From a bacterium (lineage in GTDB: Bacteria > Patescibacteriota > Minisyncoccia > UBA6257 > GWB1-50-10): a DNA stretch of 64,000 nt. Numbering within the stretch: the first letter of the stretch is position 1; each line of letters begins with the position of its first letter. The stretch lies in contig JAKAHD010000003.1 of NCBI GenBank assembly GCA_021815205.1, positions 27,239 through 91,238 of the forward strand, in the 5' to 3' direction. The notes beneath the pieces are model-generated. The model was not told the origin of the DNA, did not search any database, and saw nothing but the letters and a program-made list of their open reading frames with translations. Of the stretch, positions 10,354 to 20,668 are shown piece after piece. The position numbers were made by a program, and so were the translations under genes.

Positions 10354-11363
10354 TCATCAATGAAAACTTGCTTATACGGCCTCTCAAGCGCCCGCCGCCT
10401 TCTTCTTTCAAGATACGCGTCCATGAACTTCGGCATCACGCCAGCGACTCGGGAATATCGGATGAACGCGCGGAATACCCGCTTTGTGAAAGTCAGAAGG
10501 ATTTCCGCCATCGCTCTTGGATGAAATATCTGTTCAAGGAAGAACGTGATGTGGGAAAAGCGGATTGGGAGGAGAATTCCTTCCCCGTTTCTAAACATAT
10601 GCGTCTGCCGATTGCACAAAATATCCATGCGGTACTTCCGGCATTCTCTAAGATACCTCTTGAATTTTAGGTCGGCAACCCCGCTTCTTAGTTCCTGCGC
10701 TCCCAATTGATTGTCGTGTATTCTTCCATAATTTGCCACCACAGGAAGAAAATAAGGAAGATATCCCCGGGTATGGAACGCGAGATTGAATTCAAGCCAC
10801 GTCTCAATATCCCGCGCGGCATTCGCCGTACGCGGAGGGAAACATTCTTCCATTACGCGCTTCCTCACCACAAAGTTCCCTTCGGGAAGCCAAAACTGGG
10901 TGCGGAGCCAGTAATAAAAAAACGCCTCTTTTTGCGGAGGCTGTCGCCGATGGAATTGCGGATAAGAGACGGCGAGCAACCGTCCGTCTTCGCTCATATA
11001 CCGGGGCAATCCCCACACCAAAGAAACATCGGCGTGCGTATCGAGCACTTCCGCGCATTGCGCGAACCAGGTTTTTCTAAGGTAGCCGTCCGAGACGGCA
11101 CACTGGGCTACATACTCTCCCCTTGCGAGCGCAAGCCCTTTCCTGAACGCCTCAAGATATCCGCTGTCTTTCTCGGAGATCCACTTGATTCCCGCGTAAT
11201 CCTTCAATATCTCGAGCGTTCCATCGGACGATCCGCCGTCAATCACCACACACTCAAAATTCTTATAGGTCTGACCGAGAATGGAATCCAGAGTAGCCCG
11301 CAGGAATTTTCCGGTATTGTACGAGGCGACGATAACGGTGAGTTTTGGATTTCCTTCCGCCAT
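10350..11363 (-). CDS. Glycosyltransferase family 2
   Basis: VIVASYN, IDGGSSDGT, WISEKDSG. Confidence 0.85.
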   Translation of the reverse strand: MAEGNPKLTVIVASYNTGKFLRATLDSILGQTYKNFECVVIDGGSSDGTLEILKDYAGIKWISEKDSGYLEAFRKGLALARGEYVAQCAVSDGYLRKTWFAQCAEVLDTHADVSLVWGLPRYMSEDGRLLAVSYPQFHRRQPPQKEAFFYYWLRTQFWLPEGNFVVRKRVMEECFPPRTANAARDIETWLEFNLAFHTRGYLPYFLPVVANYGRIHDNQLGAQELRSGVADLKFKRYLRECRKYRMDILCNRQTHMFRNGEGILLPIRFSHITFFLEQIFHPRAMAEILLTFTKRVFRAFIRYSRVAGVMPKFMDAYLERRRRRALERPYKQVFIDE

Positions 11364-11367
11364 ATGC

Positions 11368-12318
11368 TTACAAAACAGGGGACCACACGACAACCGAATA
11401 ACCGTCTATGAAAAGACTCCCGATATAACTACGTCTCGCTTCAAGGATATTCACCTTCCCCTGCTGTTCGAGTTCCCGCAACGCGTCGAGAAATCCTGAG
11501 AGGTAGTTGCGCTTCTTAAAATAGCGGATTGAGAGAAAATCAAGGAGGTTTTCCTCATCTAAAAGCTCTCCCACGGGCTCGATATGCACGCAAACGGACG
11601 GCTTATTCTCGATGAGATAATCAAGGAATTCCTTGAAATGCGCGCCAACTTGTTCTAGGGCAGCGACTGTGACTACGCCGCTCTTCGGCGCGAGCTTGAA
11701 CGACATGTCCGGCGTGAACACGTTAAAAACCTTCCCTTCAACATTCGCATCAAGGCCGCTTGACGCGATACCGTTCACAAGCTCCGCGGACGACCGCGCC
11801 CAATCCAATCCATATAACCTTGCTGCGGGGTTCACTTCGCGGATTCTCCGAAGATTGTGTCCCGTACCACATCCGAATTCATATACGGAAGAAACTCCTT
11901 TGAGAAACTTGTCGAAAATCCAGTACTGGACCACCGAGAGCGAGTGTTGTTCGAAGTCGGGCGAGAGCGGTTTAATAAAGTCCTGTCTCCAGCGGACCAC
12001 CGGATATTTTCCGAAATACCGCGGCGTGAGGGCCTCCCACGAGGGAGCTTTCTTAAACGCCGCAAGGTTCTCTCCCCACCCCGTTTCCCACTGCCCGATA
12101 CGATGCTCACCTGAAAAAACAACGGAGTCCGCGGTGAGAAACTGCACGATCTTCAAAAGCCACGCGTCCCGCTCATCGAGCGTAAGCCGCGCATACTTGA
12201 AATGGTGCCGCGCGATCCTGGTCTTTACTTCCGTACTTAAGATATCGCCGAAAGCGGCTCCAAAATCTTCCGGCGTGAGAAAAAATTCCTCAAATGGTGC
12301 TGAATCATTTTTATTCAT
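11368..12318 (-). CDS. Class I SAM-dependent methyltransferase
   Basis: YEFGCGTGHNL, LYGLDW. Confidence 0.75.
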   Translation of the reverse strand: MNKNDSAPFEEFFLTPEDFGAAFGDILSTEVKTRIARHHFKYARLTLDERDAWLLKIVQFLTADSVVFSGEHRIGQWETGWGENLAAFKKAPSWEALTPRYFGKYPVVRWRQDFIKPLSPDFEQHSLSVVQYWIFDKFLKGVSSVYEFGCGTGHNLRRIREVNPAARLYGLDWARSSAELVNGIASSGLDANVEGKVFNVFTPDMSFKLAPKSGVVTVAALEQVGAHFKEFLDYLIENKPSVCVHIEPVGELLDEENLLDFLSIRYFKKRNYLSGFLDALRELEQQGKVNILEARRSYIGSLFIDGYSVVVWSPVL

Positions 12319-13384
12319 TGGACTTATTTCCTTTTTCGTCCTGGAACGCGAGATTCCACTCAAGCATGCGCCTCAACCCCTCATCCAAGGAGACTTGCGG
12401 CGCGAATCCAAACTCGTTCTTCATCTTGCTCATGTCGAGGCATACTCGCGAGGGAGCGCCGATCACGCTCGCATCTTTTCCGGGACCGGGAATTACCTCG
12501 ACGCCCATGAGCCGGCCGATTTTTTCAGCGAGCTCCCTGACACTCACGGCCTCCTCCGAGGAACCTACATTATAAATAGTTTCTTTCCCAAAGAGAAGGA
12601 TAAGGAGAAGCTCCGTGAGTACGTCCGAAATATAACAAAAGGAGCGGAGATCGCGTCCGTCGTCCATCATCTCGATTTTCTTTTTCTCGATCGCCTTTTT
12701 GAAGAATTGACTAAGCACTCTTCCGTTTGTAAAGGTGAGGCCCGGACCGTATGAGAGAGCGGGGCGAGCGATTTTCACATGAAGCCCAAAAAGGTGTTTG
12801 TAGGCGAGGCAGATTACCTCGGAAAGCCGTTTTGATTCCACATAGCACGCGCGATTATTCGTGACAGAACTGTTTCCGGGAAATGTTTCGGGTGTCGGTA
12901 TGTGCGCCTCTTCGGGAGAACCGTAAATTTCACTACTGCTCAAATACAGGATCTTCGCCGCAGGATTGTGCTTCTTTGTTGATTCGAGAATACTTTTTAT
13001 ACCGATATAATTCACGTCGATCGTGGCAACCGGATCCTCAAGGAACACGGCGGGGGTTCCGTATCCCGCGGCATGGATCATAAAGTCGTATCGTTTTTCG
13101 TACTCTATGGGAGCTGCAAGGTCGCGCACTTCATAGCGGAACCCGGGCGATTTCCTAAGCAGCCAGATAACCGAAGTTGGCGTAAGAGGACGTTTCGTAA
13201 CAAGGTCAACCTCGATGCCGTAGGAGAGCTGGGTATTAAGATAATGAAAGAGGAACGCGAAGGAGGAACCGATAAGCCCGCTTCCCCCGGCAAGAAGTAT
13301 TCGCGAGTTACGAAACGCGTTCGTATCAACCCTCCCGATTACTTCCTTGATGTCATTGTTAAATATTTCGTGTGCAGATTTCAT
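12311..13384 (-). CDS. NAD-dependent nucleotide-sugar epimerase/dehydratase
   Basis: GGSGLIG, SSSEIYG, YVESK, RSFCYISD. Confidence 0.85.
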   Translation of the reverse strand: MKSAHEIFNNDIKEVIGRVDTNAFRNSRILLAGGSGLIGSSFAFLFHYLNTQLSYGIEVDLVTKRPLTPTSVIWLLRKSPGFRYEVRDLAAPIEYEKRYDFMIHAAGYGTPAVFLEDPVATIDVNYIGIKSILESTKKHNPAAKILYLSSSEIYGSPEEAHIPTPETFPGNSSVTNNRACYVESKRLSEVICLAYKHLFGLHVKIARPALSYGPGLTFTNGRVLSQFFKKAIEKKKIEMMDDGRDLRSFCYISDVLTELLLILLFGKETIYNVGSSEEAVSVRELAEKIGRLMGVEVIPGPGKDASVIGAPSRVCLDMSKMKNEFGFAPQVSLDEGLRRMLEWNLAFQDEKGNKSNE

Positions 13385-14270
13385 GTACCGAGTGAATAAC
13401 CCCTTCTTTTGTAAGATCGTTGTCTCTACAATGTTCGGCGTATGTTCCGTAATTCGTAAGAAAACGGTCATGAATGCCCATTCGCTCATGGACGAACCGA
13501 ATGTTATCGCATACACGAGCTATTTCGTCGCCGATACCTCCAATTACGGAATGTTCTTCGACGGTAACTAACCGACCCGTTTTTTTCACGCTCTCGCGCA
13601 ACGTTTGCCGGGCTTTTTCAGAAAGAGGCTTGATAGTCGTACAATATATCAAGTCGCAGGAATATGTATTCTCAATCTCCTTGACTGCTTCGAACGCATT
13701 TTGGAGCTGGGGACCGGAAACCGCCACCGTGACGTCCCCTCCTTTGTGGAGCATCTCGACTTCCCCGAAACGGGGGTGTGTGGGAATTTCGTGAACGTGC
13801 TCCGGGAGGCGGAAGTAGGTCGGCATCCCGTTTGCGTACGTCTCCTTGAAAAGCGTATCGAACTCGTGCGGTGCGGCCGGGTATACAATCTGCATTCCGG
13901 GAAGCGCTCTTAAGATGGCGATATCGTCATAACAATGATGCGTACATCCGAGCGCCGCATAATCGAAGGCGCTCCCGATACTCACAATGTTCACGCCGAG
14001 CTTCTGATAACACAGGTCGTCTTTTATTTGCTCGAAGCACCGCTCTGTAATGAAGGGGGCGATACTGTGCACCACAGGAAAGAGACCGTTCATTGCAAGG
14101 CCCGCAGCTATACTCATCATTGATTGTTCCGCGATGCCGAGGTTATAGAAACGATCCTTATGGGCGGCTTCAAAATCCCGGAGCAGAAAATGACTAAGAT
14201 CGCCCAAGAGAACCACGAGACGGGGATCCTCACCGACTTCGAGCATGGTTTGTGCAAACTGTTTCCTCAT
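13359..14270 (-). CDS. Transketolase C-terminal (pyrimidine-binding) subunit
   Basis: NLGIAEQ, GCTHH, TVEEHSVIGGIG. Confidence 0.85.
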   Translation of the reverse strand: MRKQFAQTMLEVGEDPRLVVLLGDLSHFLLRDFEAAHKDRFYNLGIAEQSMMSIAAGLAMNGLFPVVHSIAPFITERCFEQIKDDLCYQKLGVNIVSIGSAFDYAALGCTHHCYDDIAILRALPGMQIVYPAAPHEFDTLFKETYANGMPTYFRLPEHVHEIPTHPRFGEVEMLHKGGDVTVAVSGPQLQNAFEAVKEIENTYSCDLIYCTTIKPLSEKARQTLRESVKKTGRLVTVEEHSVIGGIGDEIARVCDNIRFVHERMGIHDRFLTNYGTYAEHCRDNDLTKEGVIHSVHEICTRNI

Positions 14271-15031
14271 AGAGCATTCGAGTCGCTTTGGGATAAAATT
14301 TCTGCGCGGAACTTTTCGTACTCATCGGCTCCCGGCGCCTTATGGTGCCACGCCATGAAATTTTCCTCAAGCTCTCGGACTCCTTTTCCTTTCTTTGTGT
14401 TCGCGATGACGCAAAGCGGTTTTTCATGAGGTTCAAAGAGAACGCGTTTCAGCTCTTCGACTGAGTGGCCGTCGACCTCACGCACTTCCCAACCGAAGGA
14501 TTCGAACTTCGCGGGAAGGTGTATGGAGGTCATCGCGCGCACTTGGGAGTTATTCTTGTCGATAATACAAACGAAATTCGAGAGGTGTAATTGCTCCGCA
14601 TACATGGCAGTCTCCCATATCGTTCCCTCGTTCGATTCGCCGTCCCCGATGAGACAAAACACTTCTCCGGGTTCATGTTTTATCTTTCGTGAGAATGCAT
14701 ACCCCGCGGCGACGGGGAATCCATGCCAAAGGGAACCCGAGGAATTCATGACTCCCGGAACGGTACGATGGGGATGCCCGCCGAGCCGCGAATCGTACGC
14801 GCAATAGGAGAGAAGTTCCTGTTTCTCCAAAATACCGAAATGGGCGAGCGTTGCGAAGAGTGCGGCTCCCGCGTGCCCTTTACTTAGAAAAAAAACGTCG
14901 TGCTCATGTTTATTTGCATACACCGCATAGAGAGTTTCCACAATCGAGAAAGCGCTTGGGAGATGCCCCTCTCTTGAGGCAAAGACCATGCGAAGCACAT
15001 CAATCCTAATTTTCGCGCATTCATCGAGCAT
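14267..15031 (-). CDS. Transketolase N-terminal (TPP-binding) subunit
   Basis: [28 protein letters not shown]. Confidence 0.85.
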   Translation of the reverse strand: MLDECAKIRIDVLRMVFASREGHLPSAFSIVETLYAVYANKHEHDVFFLSKGHAGAALFATLAHFGILEKQELLSYCAYDSRLGGHPHRTVPGVMNSSGSLWHGFPVAAGYAFSRKIKHEPGEVFCLIGDGESNEGTIWETAMYAEQLHLSNFVCIIDKNNSQVRAMTSIHLPAKFESFGWEVREVDGHSVEELKRVLFEPHEKPLCVIANTKKGKGVRELEENFMAWHHKAPGADEYEKFRAEILSQSDSNAL

Positions 15032-15977
15032 GCACCAGAGTCGGTTTTATCTCCCTTAAATAATACTCGATCGTCCTTTGAAGTCCCTCATGAAAACCGG
15101 TCTTTGCCTTAAACCCGAATTCTTGAAGTGCGCGGCTCGTGTCCAGGGATCTCCGCGGCTGGCCGTCGGGCTTGGATGGATCAAGCCTCATCTCTCCCTT
15201 ATACCCCATAAGTTCCGCGACGAGATGCGTGAGATCCTTGATGGATATCTCCATTCCCGATCCCAGATTCACTGGCATCGGCTTATCAAACCGCTCCGTC
15301 GCAAGCACAATTCCCTCTGCGGCGTCTTCCGCAAAAATAAACTCCCTCGTGGGGGTTCCCGTTCCCCACACCATCACGTAATCGGACCCCGAGTCGATCG
15401 CTTCATCTATCTTACGGATGATCGCGGGGATTACGTGGGAGCTTTCCGGATTGAAATTATCTCCGGGGCCGTAGAGATTCACCGGAAAGAGTGTAATCGC
15501 ATTGAATCCGTACTGCGCGCGATACGCCTGCGCCTGCACAAGGAGCATCTTCTTCGCAAGTCCGTAGGGCGCGTTCGTCTCTTCGGGGTAGCCATTCCAA
15601 ATATCGTCTTCCTTGAACGGAACGGGGGTGAATTTCGGATAGGCACAAATAGTCCCGACCGCAACGAATTTCTTTACCCCCGCGAGGCGAGCGGCTTCCA
15701 TCGTCTGCACGCCGATCATAATGTTGTTATAGAAAAGCTCGCCGGGGTGCTCCCGGTTATACCCGATCCCACCGACTTTCGCGGCGAGATGAATGACGAC
15801 ATCCTTCCCTTCAACCGCTTTTCTGCAATTACTCATTTCCCGCAAATCGAACTCGGATGCATGAGGAGCCGATATATTCTCCGGGGGAACACCGTGCGCG
15901 ATGAGTCGTTGCACTACGTAGGAACCAAGGAACCCGTTTCCTCCGGTTACCAGAATTTTTTTATCGGAAATATCCAT
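15021..15977 (-). CDS. fcl: GDP-L-fucose synthase
   Basis: [32 protein letters not shown]. Confidence 0.9.
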   Translation of the reverse strand: MDISDKKILVTGGNGFLGSYVVQRLIAHGVPPENISAPHASEFDLREMSNCRKAVEGKDVVIHLAAKVGGIGYNREHPGELFYNNIMIGVQTMEAARLAGVKKFVAVGTICAYPKFTPVPFKEDDIWNGYPEETNAPYGLAKKMLLVQAQAYRAQYGFNAITLFPVNLYGPGDNFNPESSHVIPAIIRKIDEAIDSGSDYVMVWGTGTPTREFIFAEDAAEGIVLATERFDKPMPVNLGSGMEISIKDLTHLVAELMGYKGEMRLDPSKPDGQPRRSLDTSRALQEFGFKAKTGFHEGLQRTIEYYLREIKPTLVHAR

Positions 15978-16010
15978 AGACACACTACTCCGCCTCGCGT
16001 ATGGCAAAAA

Positions 16011-17081
16011 CTACCGGGGGGTGAAGCCGTTCTCGTGAAGATGTCTTTCTCTCTCGGCTTCCTTCTTATCATGGGCAACCATCTCCTTCACCAGATCGTC
16101 AAAACTCACGGTTGGAGACCAACCGAGTTCACGCCTTGCTCTCGTCGCATCACCAAGCAGGGAATCTACCTCCGTAGGACGGAAGTATCTCTTATCTATC
16201 TCTACAACTGCCTTCCCTGTCTTTTCTTCGATGCCCTTCTCTGCCTCTTGTGACCCTTCCCATCTGATCGGCATACCTATCTCAAGAAAAACTCTCTCGC
16301 AGAACTCCCGCACCGAGTGCTGTTCGCCCGTTGCAATCACGTAATCGGATGGATTTTTTTGCTGTAACATCAAATACATAGCTCTCACGAAATCGCGCGC
16401 GTGCCCCCAATCGCGTTTCGCGTCCAAGTTTCCAAGATAGAGTTTCTCCTGAAGCCCGAGCGATATCCTTGTTGCGGCGCGAGTAATTTTTCTCGTGACA
16501 AAGGTCTCGCCGCGGCGTTCACTCTCATGGTTGAACAATACGCCGCTCACCGCGAATATGCCGTATGCTTCCCGGTAATTCACCGTAATCCAGTGCGCAT
16601 AGAGTTTTGCGGCGCCGTAGGGACTCCTCGGATAGAAGGGTGTCAATTCATTTTGTGGCGGCTTTGACGCGCCGAACATTTCGGAAGTCGAGGCCTGATA
16701 GAACTTCGTTTTCTTTTCCAATCCGAGTAATCTGATTGCTTCAAGAATTCTCAATGTCCCGACCGCATCGGCATTCGCGGTATACTCCGGGGTCTCGAAT
16801 GAGACCTGAACGTGCGATTGAGCACCGAGATTATAAATCTCATCGGGCTGTACCTCTCGGATCACGCGAATGAGATTTGTCGCATCACTCAGATCACCAT
16901 AATGAAGTTTCAGTTTCCGCTCCTCAATATGAGGGTCTTGGTATAAATGATCGATGCGCCCCGTATTAAAACTCGACGAACGGCGCACGATGCCGTGCAC
17001 TTCGTAGTCCTTCTCGAGAAGGAGTTCCGCGAGATAACTGCCGTCCTGCCCCGTGATTCCGGTAATGAGCGCCTTCTTCAT
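16011..17081 (-). CDS. gmd: GDP-mannose 4,6-dehydratase
   Basis: [34 protein letters not shown]. Confidence 0.97.
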   Translation of the reverse strand: MKKALITGITGQDGSYLAELLLEKDYEVHGIVRRSSSFNTGRIDHLYQDPHIEERKLKLHYGDLSDATNLIRVIREVQPDEIYNLGAQSHVQVSFETPEYTANADAVGTLRILEAIRLLGLEKKTKFYQASTSEMFGASKPPQNELTPFYPRSPYGAAKLYAHWITVNYREAYGIFAVSGVLFNHESERRGETFVTRKITRAATRISLGLQEKLYLGNLDAKRDWGHARDFVRAMYLMLQQKNPSDYVIATGEQHSVREFCERVFLEIGMPIRWEGSQEAEKGIEEKTGKAVVEIDKRYFRPTEVDSLLGDATRARRELGWSPTVSFDDLVKEMVAHDKKEAERERHLHENGFTPR

Positions 17082-17187
17082 GAATATGATGTCATTTTAC
17101 CGAACGGGCGGCAAAAGGCAATTATGCCATATCTTGAAAATTGAGCATCTTTAACGCGCGTTCGACATCATCTCCTTGAGCATGCGA

Positions 17188-17544
17188 TTATTGCGGACGC
17201 GAAAGCATCTCTTCCCTCGCACGACGAAGTTTTGCGGTACCCTGGTACCTTTTCCACGCGTGCCACTGAAACTCGCGGAACGCGTCTTCCGCGCCGGAAA
17301 TCACACGACCGTGTTTCATAATTTCAAATTGAAGAAGAGGCGATGCGGTATACGCGTCCACCAGGTCTATCTTCTCTTCGGGAATGGATAAAAGCTTCGC
17401 CGCGTTTTCGAGAGACGCAATCTTTTCCTCAAAAGAAAGGGGGCGGGCGGCATACACCGCCACATCAAAATCGGAGTGAGGGCTCGAAAAACCCGACGCC
17501 CGGGAACCGAATAAAATAAGAAGCGCGGACTGCATACCTCCCAT
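17188..17544 (-). CDS. Minimal nucleotidyltransferase (MntA-like)
   Basis: LFGSRA..SDFDVAV, IDLVD..ASPLLQFEI..G. Confidence 0.75.
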   Translation of the reverse strand: MGGMQSALLILFGSRASGFSSPHSDFDVAVYAARPLSFEEKIASLENAAKLLSIPEEKIDLVDAYTASPLLQFEIMKHGRVISGAEDAFREFQWHAWKRYQGTAKLRRAREEMLSRPQ

Positions 17545-17550
17545 GGTACC

Positions 17551-18186
17551 CTACTTCCCCGCGGGAGTCGAGGTTGCGGTGCCGTTCACAAAGGCGGCCA
17601 TGTTCTTATCGCTCGGCCAGAGGGAAATAATTTTTTCACCCACCGTCTTCGCGTCCGCGGTTTTTCCCGCATCCATATAGAGTTGGTAGAGTCCGTAGAG
17701 GAACTGCGGACGTTTCGGGCTCAAGGCAAGCCCTTTCTCATAGAGCGCGAGGGCGGCATTATAATCTTTCTCACTCCTGTAATTTCTGAAATTCACCTCG
17801 TGGATATTCGCGAGCGTCATAAGCTCCTGCGTGTAGTTCAAGCCGTATCGCCCCGGCGCATTCGCGCGGGAAATAGAATCGGCGTAGGAGACGAGCGCGT
17901 CCGCGATCGCCTGCGGCGGTTTCTGCGCGATCACGCCGCCGATCTGGTTCTCTAAGAATCGGATGTTCTCGGCCTGCCCCACGGGAGAAGAGAAGTTCAG
18001 TGCCGTATTAAAAATACGCTCGTAATCCGCGACACTCCTCGCCTGATAGGAATTGTGCATCGCCTGAATAAAAAGCTGGGCCTTGCGGAACGGGAGGAAG
18101 GAGCCGTAGATCAAGGCGAGGACGGCAAGGATAATGCCGAGAGGAGCCGCAATTGTTTTGATTATTTTTTCTAGTGTAGTGTTCAT
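17551..18186 (-). CDS. Membrane-anchored TPR protein, likely the detached C-terminal part of the upstream O-antigen ligase gene
   Basis: One N-terminal TM; KGLALSPKRPQ resembles KALELSPNRQQ of 20663..23248. Confidence 0.7.
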   Translation of the reverse strand: MNTTLEKIIKTIAAPLGIILAVLALIYGSFLPFRKAQLFIQAMHNSYQARSVADYERIFNTALNFSSPVGQAENIRFLENQIGGVIAQKPPQAIADALVSYADSISRANAPGRYGLNYTQELMTLANIHEVNFRNYRSEKDYNAALALYEKGLALSPKRPQFLYGLYQLYMDAGKTADAKTVGEKIISLWPSDKNMAAFVNGTATSTPAGK

Positions 18187-18700
18187 TTTAAATTTTACAT
18201 TCTAAATTTTAATTCAATTTTAATTTTCTAATTTTAAAAACTTTTAGTGGTTTAATCTTTACCATTCATCGTTCCGACAATTTTTCCGAAAATCATAGAG
18301 AGTCCTTGGGCCTCGTTCCATAAAACTTTTATCTCATCCCGCTTATCTGGGGAATGTTTTGCAAACATTCTGAGCCAATGTTTTGTTTCTTGGGCTTCTT
18401 TTTTACAAATGTGTATTTTGTTTTTGAAATCTTTCCTCGAACTCGCGCCATTTGCTTCCATATAATTTGCTCCTACGCTTGTCGCTGCACGGACGAGCTG
18501 ACTGATAAGCGGCGTTGAAATGACATCTCTCGGTATGGATTTACAAAACATAATAACATTTTCCCCAAATACAGCTGTTCTTTCTTCTAAGTTGTACGGC
18601 GCTGTTTTGTTCATTTACCAATTTAAAATTCATTTAGAACTTAAAATTTGAAACTTAAAATTAATTACTTGGGATTTGGTGCTTGGAATTTGGAATTTCC
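18187..18700. mobile_element. Four-helix-bundle gene cassette flanked by inverted AT-rich heptamer tracts
   Basis: AATTTTA-type tract 18187-18251; TAAAATT/TTGGAAT-type tract 18615-18700. Confidence 0.6.
18252..18614 (-). CDS. Four helix bundle protein (23S rRNA IVP / Avd-like family)
   Basis: LEERT..F, QLVRAATSVGANYMEA, SRKDF..KI.ICKKEAQETKHWL. Confidence 0.92.
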   Translation of the reverse strand: MNKTAPYNLEERTAVFGENVIMFCKSIPRDVISTPLISQLVRAATSVGANYMEANGASSRKDFKNKIHICKKEAQETKHWLRMFAKHSPDKRDEIKVLWNEAQGLSMIFGKIVGTMNGKD

Positions 18701-20124
18701 AAGAAGAGGTGTGTCGCGAATGCGAGGAAAAGAAATACATTGAGATAAATCGGGAGCACGTCGAAGAGCGCGATGCCTTGCCCTAGGTACGCGACGGGAA
18801 TCGCGAGGAGCCCCGCAGTGAGCACATACCCGTACGGATGGTGGTGCGCGACGATATCCTTCCTGCGCTTCACGAACTCGACGAAGAACGTGAGGTAGAT
18901 CCCGAGGAAGGCGAGGAATCCGACGATCCCCGTTTCCGCGAGGTAGTCAAAGAAGACGCTGTGCGCCCTATCAAACCATGTTTCCGAATTCTGCCCCGGC
19001 ACGTAGTGGCGCGGGTCGAAATACTTATCGAAGACCACGCTGAAATTCTCGGGGCCCCATCCGAGGAGCGGGCGCTCTTCGAATCCCTTGATTGCGGAGC
19101 CCCACGTCCAAAATCTTGTTTGTGCGGTCTGGTCGGATATCGAGACATCAAGAAGACGGCTTGAGGATTCGCAGAAAGGCACAAGCGGAATATTATTGCT
19201 CCGGAACGCGAAGGCGAGCCCCGCGAACACGATGCTTGCGCCCGCGAGGATCGCGGAGATCTTCTTCCCCTTTCCTTTGGGAAGCGCGAATGAGAGATAC
19301 AAGAGCCCCGTGATCACCGCGAGCCCGAGCCCGAGGAAAGAACCGCGCGTCTGCGAAAGAAGGAAGAAAAAGAGATAGGCGAGCATGAGTACGATAAACC
19401 CCCACACCTTCCCGTGGGGTATTATGCCCCGCGGGGATGATTTTAAATTACCATTCATCCCTGCCGTAGAACCACTGGATACTCTGGAAGGTGGGGGGGT
19501 AAAGAGCGCGTCGCGAGTGGGATTCCGCTTTTTTGTGAACCACAACCAAAGGCCGTAAAACATCATAAACATAAGATACGGCGCGAGGTACGCGGGATTG
19601 CCGAGCGAACCCTCGAACCTGCCGCAGAGCCCCGCAGGGCCGATGAACGACCCGACCTGAAACGATGCGGCAAGGCCGTAGAGAATCACGAAGCCCGATG
19701 CGACAAGTGAGAGTTTGAAGATGTGCCTCCACTCCAACTCCGTGCGGAAGAGTAAGAGGAGAAGCGTGAAGAAAATATAGAAATGGAGAATCTGCAGCCC
19801 TCCTTCGCCGCGTTCGAAGTTCGACCAGAATGCCGCCGCGGCATCGTAGGCGAAAAGGGACGCGAGGAGCGCCGCGAGCGTAAATATCGAGACGGCGATA
19901 AAAAGCGGATGATGAAACACCTTCTTCGCGCGCGCCTTCAATGCCTCCCACTCGTGGTTATGGAAGATCACTCCCAAGAGGAACGCGATAAGCGCGAGAT
20001 CCACCGCCGCGCGGAAAAACACATACTTCCCTACGATAAAAGGAAAGAGGGTGGAATTGGTAACCAAGATCACGCAGAAGACGGAGAGGTAGAGAAGAAT
20101 GCGGGAGAGCTTGAAGTAATTCAT
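18661..20124 (-). CDS. O-antigen ligase-family membrane protein with in-frame palindrome insertion
   Basis: GSLGNPAYLA, SQTRGS, GWGPENF, WFDRAHS. Confidence 0.85.
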   Translation of the reverse strand: MNYFKLSRILLYLSVFCVILVTNSTLFPFIVGKYVFFRAAVDLALIAFLLGVIFHNHEWEALKARAKKVFHHPLFIAVSIFTLAALLASLFAYDAAAAFWSNFERGEGGLQILHFYIFFTLLLLLFRTELEWRHIFKLSLVASGFVILYGLAASFQVGSFIGPAGLCGRFEGSLGNPAYLAPYLMFMMFYGLWLWFTKKRNPTRDALFTPPPSRVSSGSTAGMNGNLKSSPRGIIPHGKVWGFIVLMLAYLFFFLLSQTRGSFLGLGLAVITGLLYLSFALPKGKGKKISAILAGASIVFAGLAFAFRSNNIPLVPFCESSSRLLDVSISDQTAQTRFWTWGSAIKGFEERPLLGWGPENFSVVFDKYFDPRHYVPGQNSETWFDRAHSVFFDYLAETGIVGFLAFLGIYLTFFVEFVKRRKDIVAHHHPYGYVLTAGLLAIPVAYLGQGIALFDVLPIYLNVFLFLAFATHLFLEIPNSKHQIPSN

Positions 20125-20131
20125 TTTTTTA

Positions 20132-20668
20132 TACGGATGACCGCTGATTGCTGGCTGATTACCGCTGATTATCTTGCGGATGACCGCTGATAAAAGCGAT
20201 AAAAGGATTATACTATAAATGAGATGACAACGGGAGATGGGGAAAATAGGGTAAACGATTTCTTATATGAAGACGCTTCGTACAAATTACGCGGGTGCGT
20301 TTTTAGAGTATACAACACTTTGGGTTTTGGACATAAGGAGGGCGTGTACCAAAAAGCTCTTGCGGAAGAATTCTTAAAATCGGGTTTAACATTCGAAAGG
20401 GAAAAAACAATTCCCATAATCTATAACGGAAAACAAGTAGGGACATATCGGCCCGATTTCACTATCGAGGGCACCATCATCCTTGAAATCAAAGCGGTTG
20501 AATTTATGCCGAAAAGCTACGAAACGCAACTCGTATATTATCTTAAAGGAACAAATTATAAGCTCGGCTTCCTTGTGAATTTCGGCGCCGCAAAGCTAGA
20601 TATGAGAAGACGAGTCTATACGCCTGCCGTATCAGTGTAAATCAGCTTGCAATCAGCGGAAATCAGTT
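20132..20668. mobile_element. GxxExxY gene cassette flanked by inverted GCTGATT/AATCAG tracts
   Basis: Left arm 20132-20192, right arm 20631-20668; gene is opposite in orientation and more AT-rich than its neighbours. Confidence 0.6.
20224..20640 (+). CDS. GxxExxY protein (PD-(D/E)xK nuclease-like)
   Basis: LGFGHKEGVYQKAL, YRPDF..IILEIKA, QLVYYLK, GFLVNFG. Confidence 0.93.
   Translation: MTTGDGENRVNDFLYEDASYKLRGCVFRVYNTLGFGHKEGVYQKALAEEFLKSGLTFEREKTIPIIYNGKQVGTYRPDFTIEGTIILEIKAVEFMPKSYETQLVYYLKGTNYKLGFLVNFGAAKLDMRRRVYTPAVSV

Noticed and set aside
18252-18614. Diversity-generating retroelement (Avd-like gene)
   Set aside because: No reverse transcriptase and no TR/VR pair with adenine-specific mismatches seen in the window
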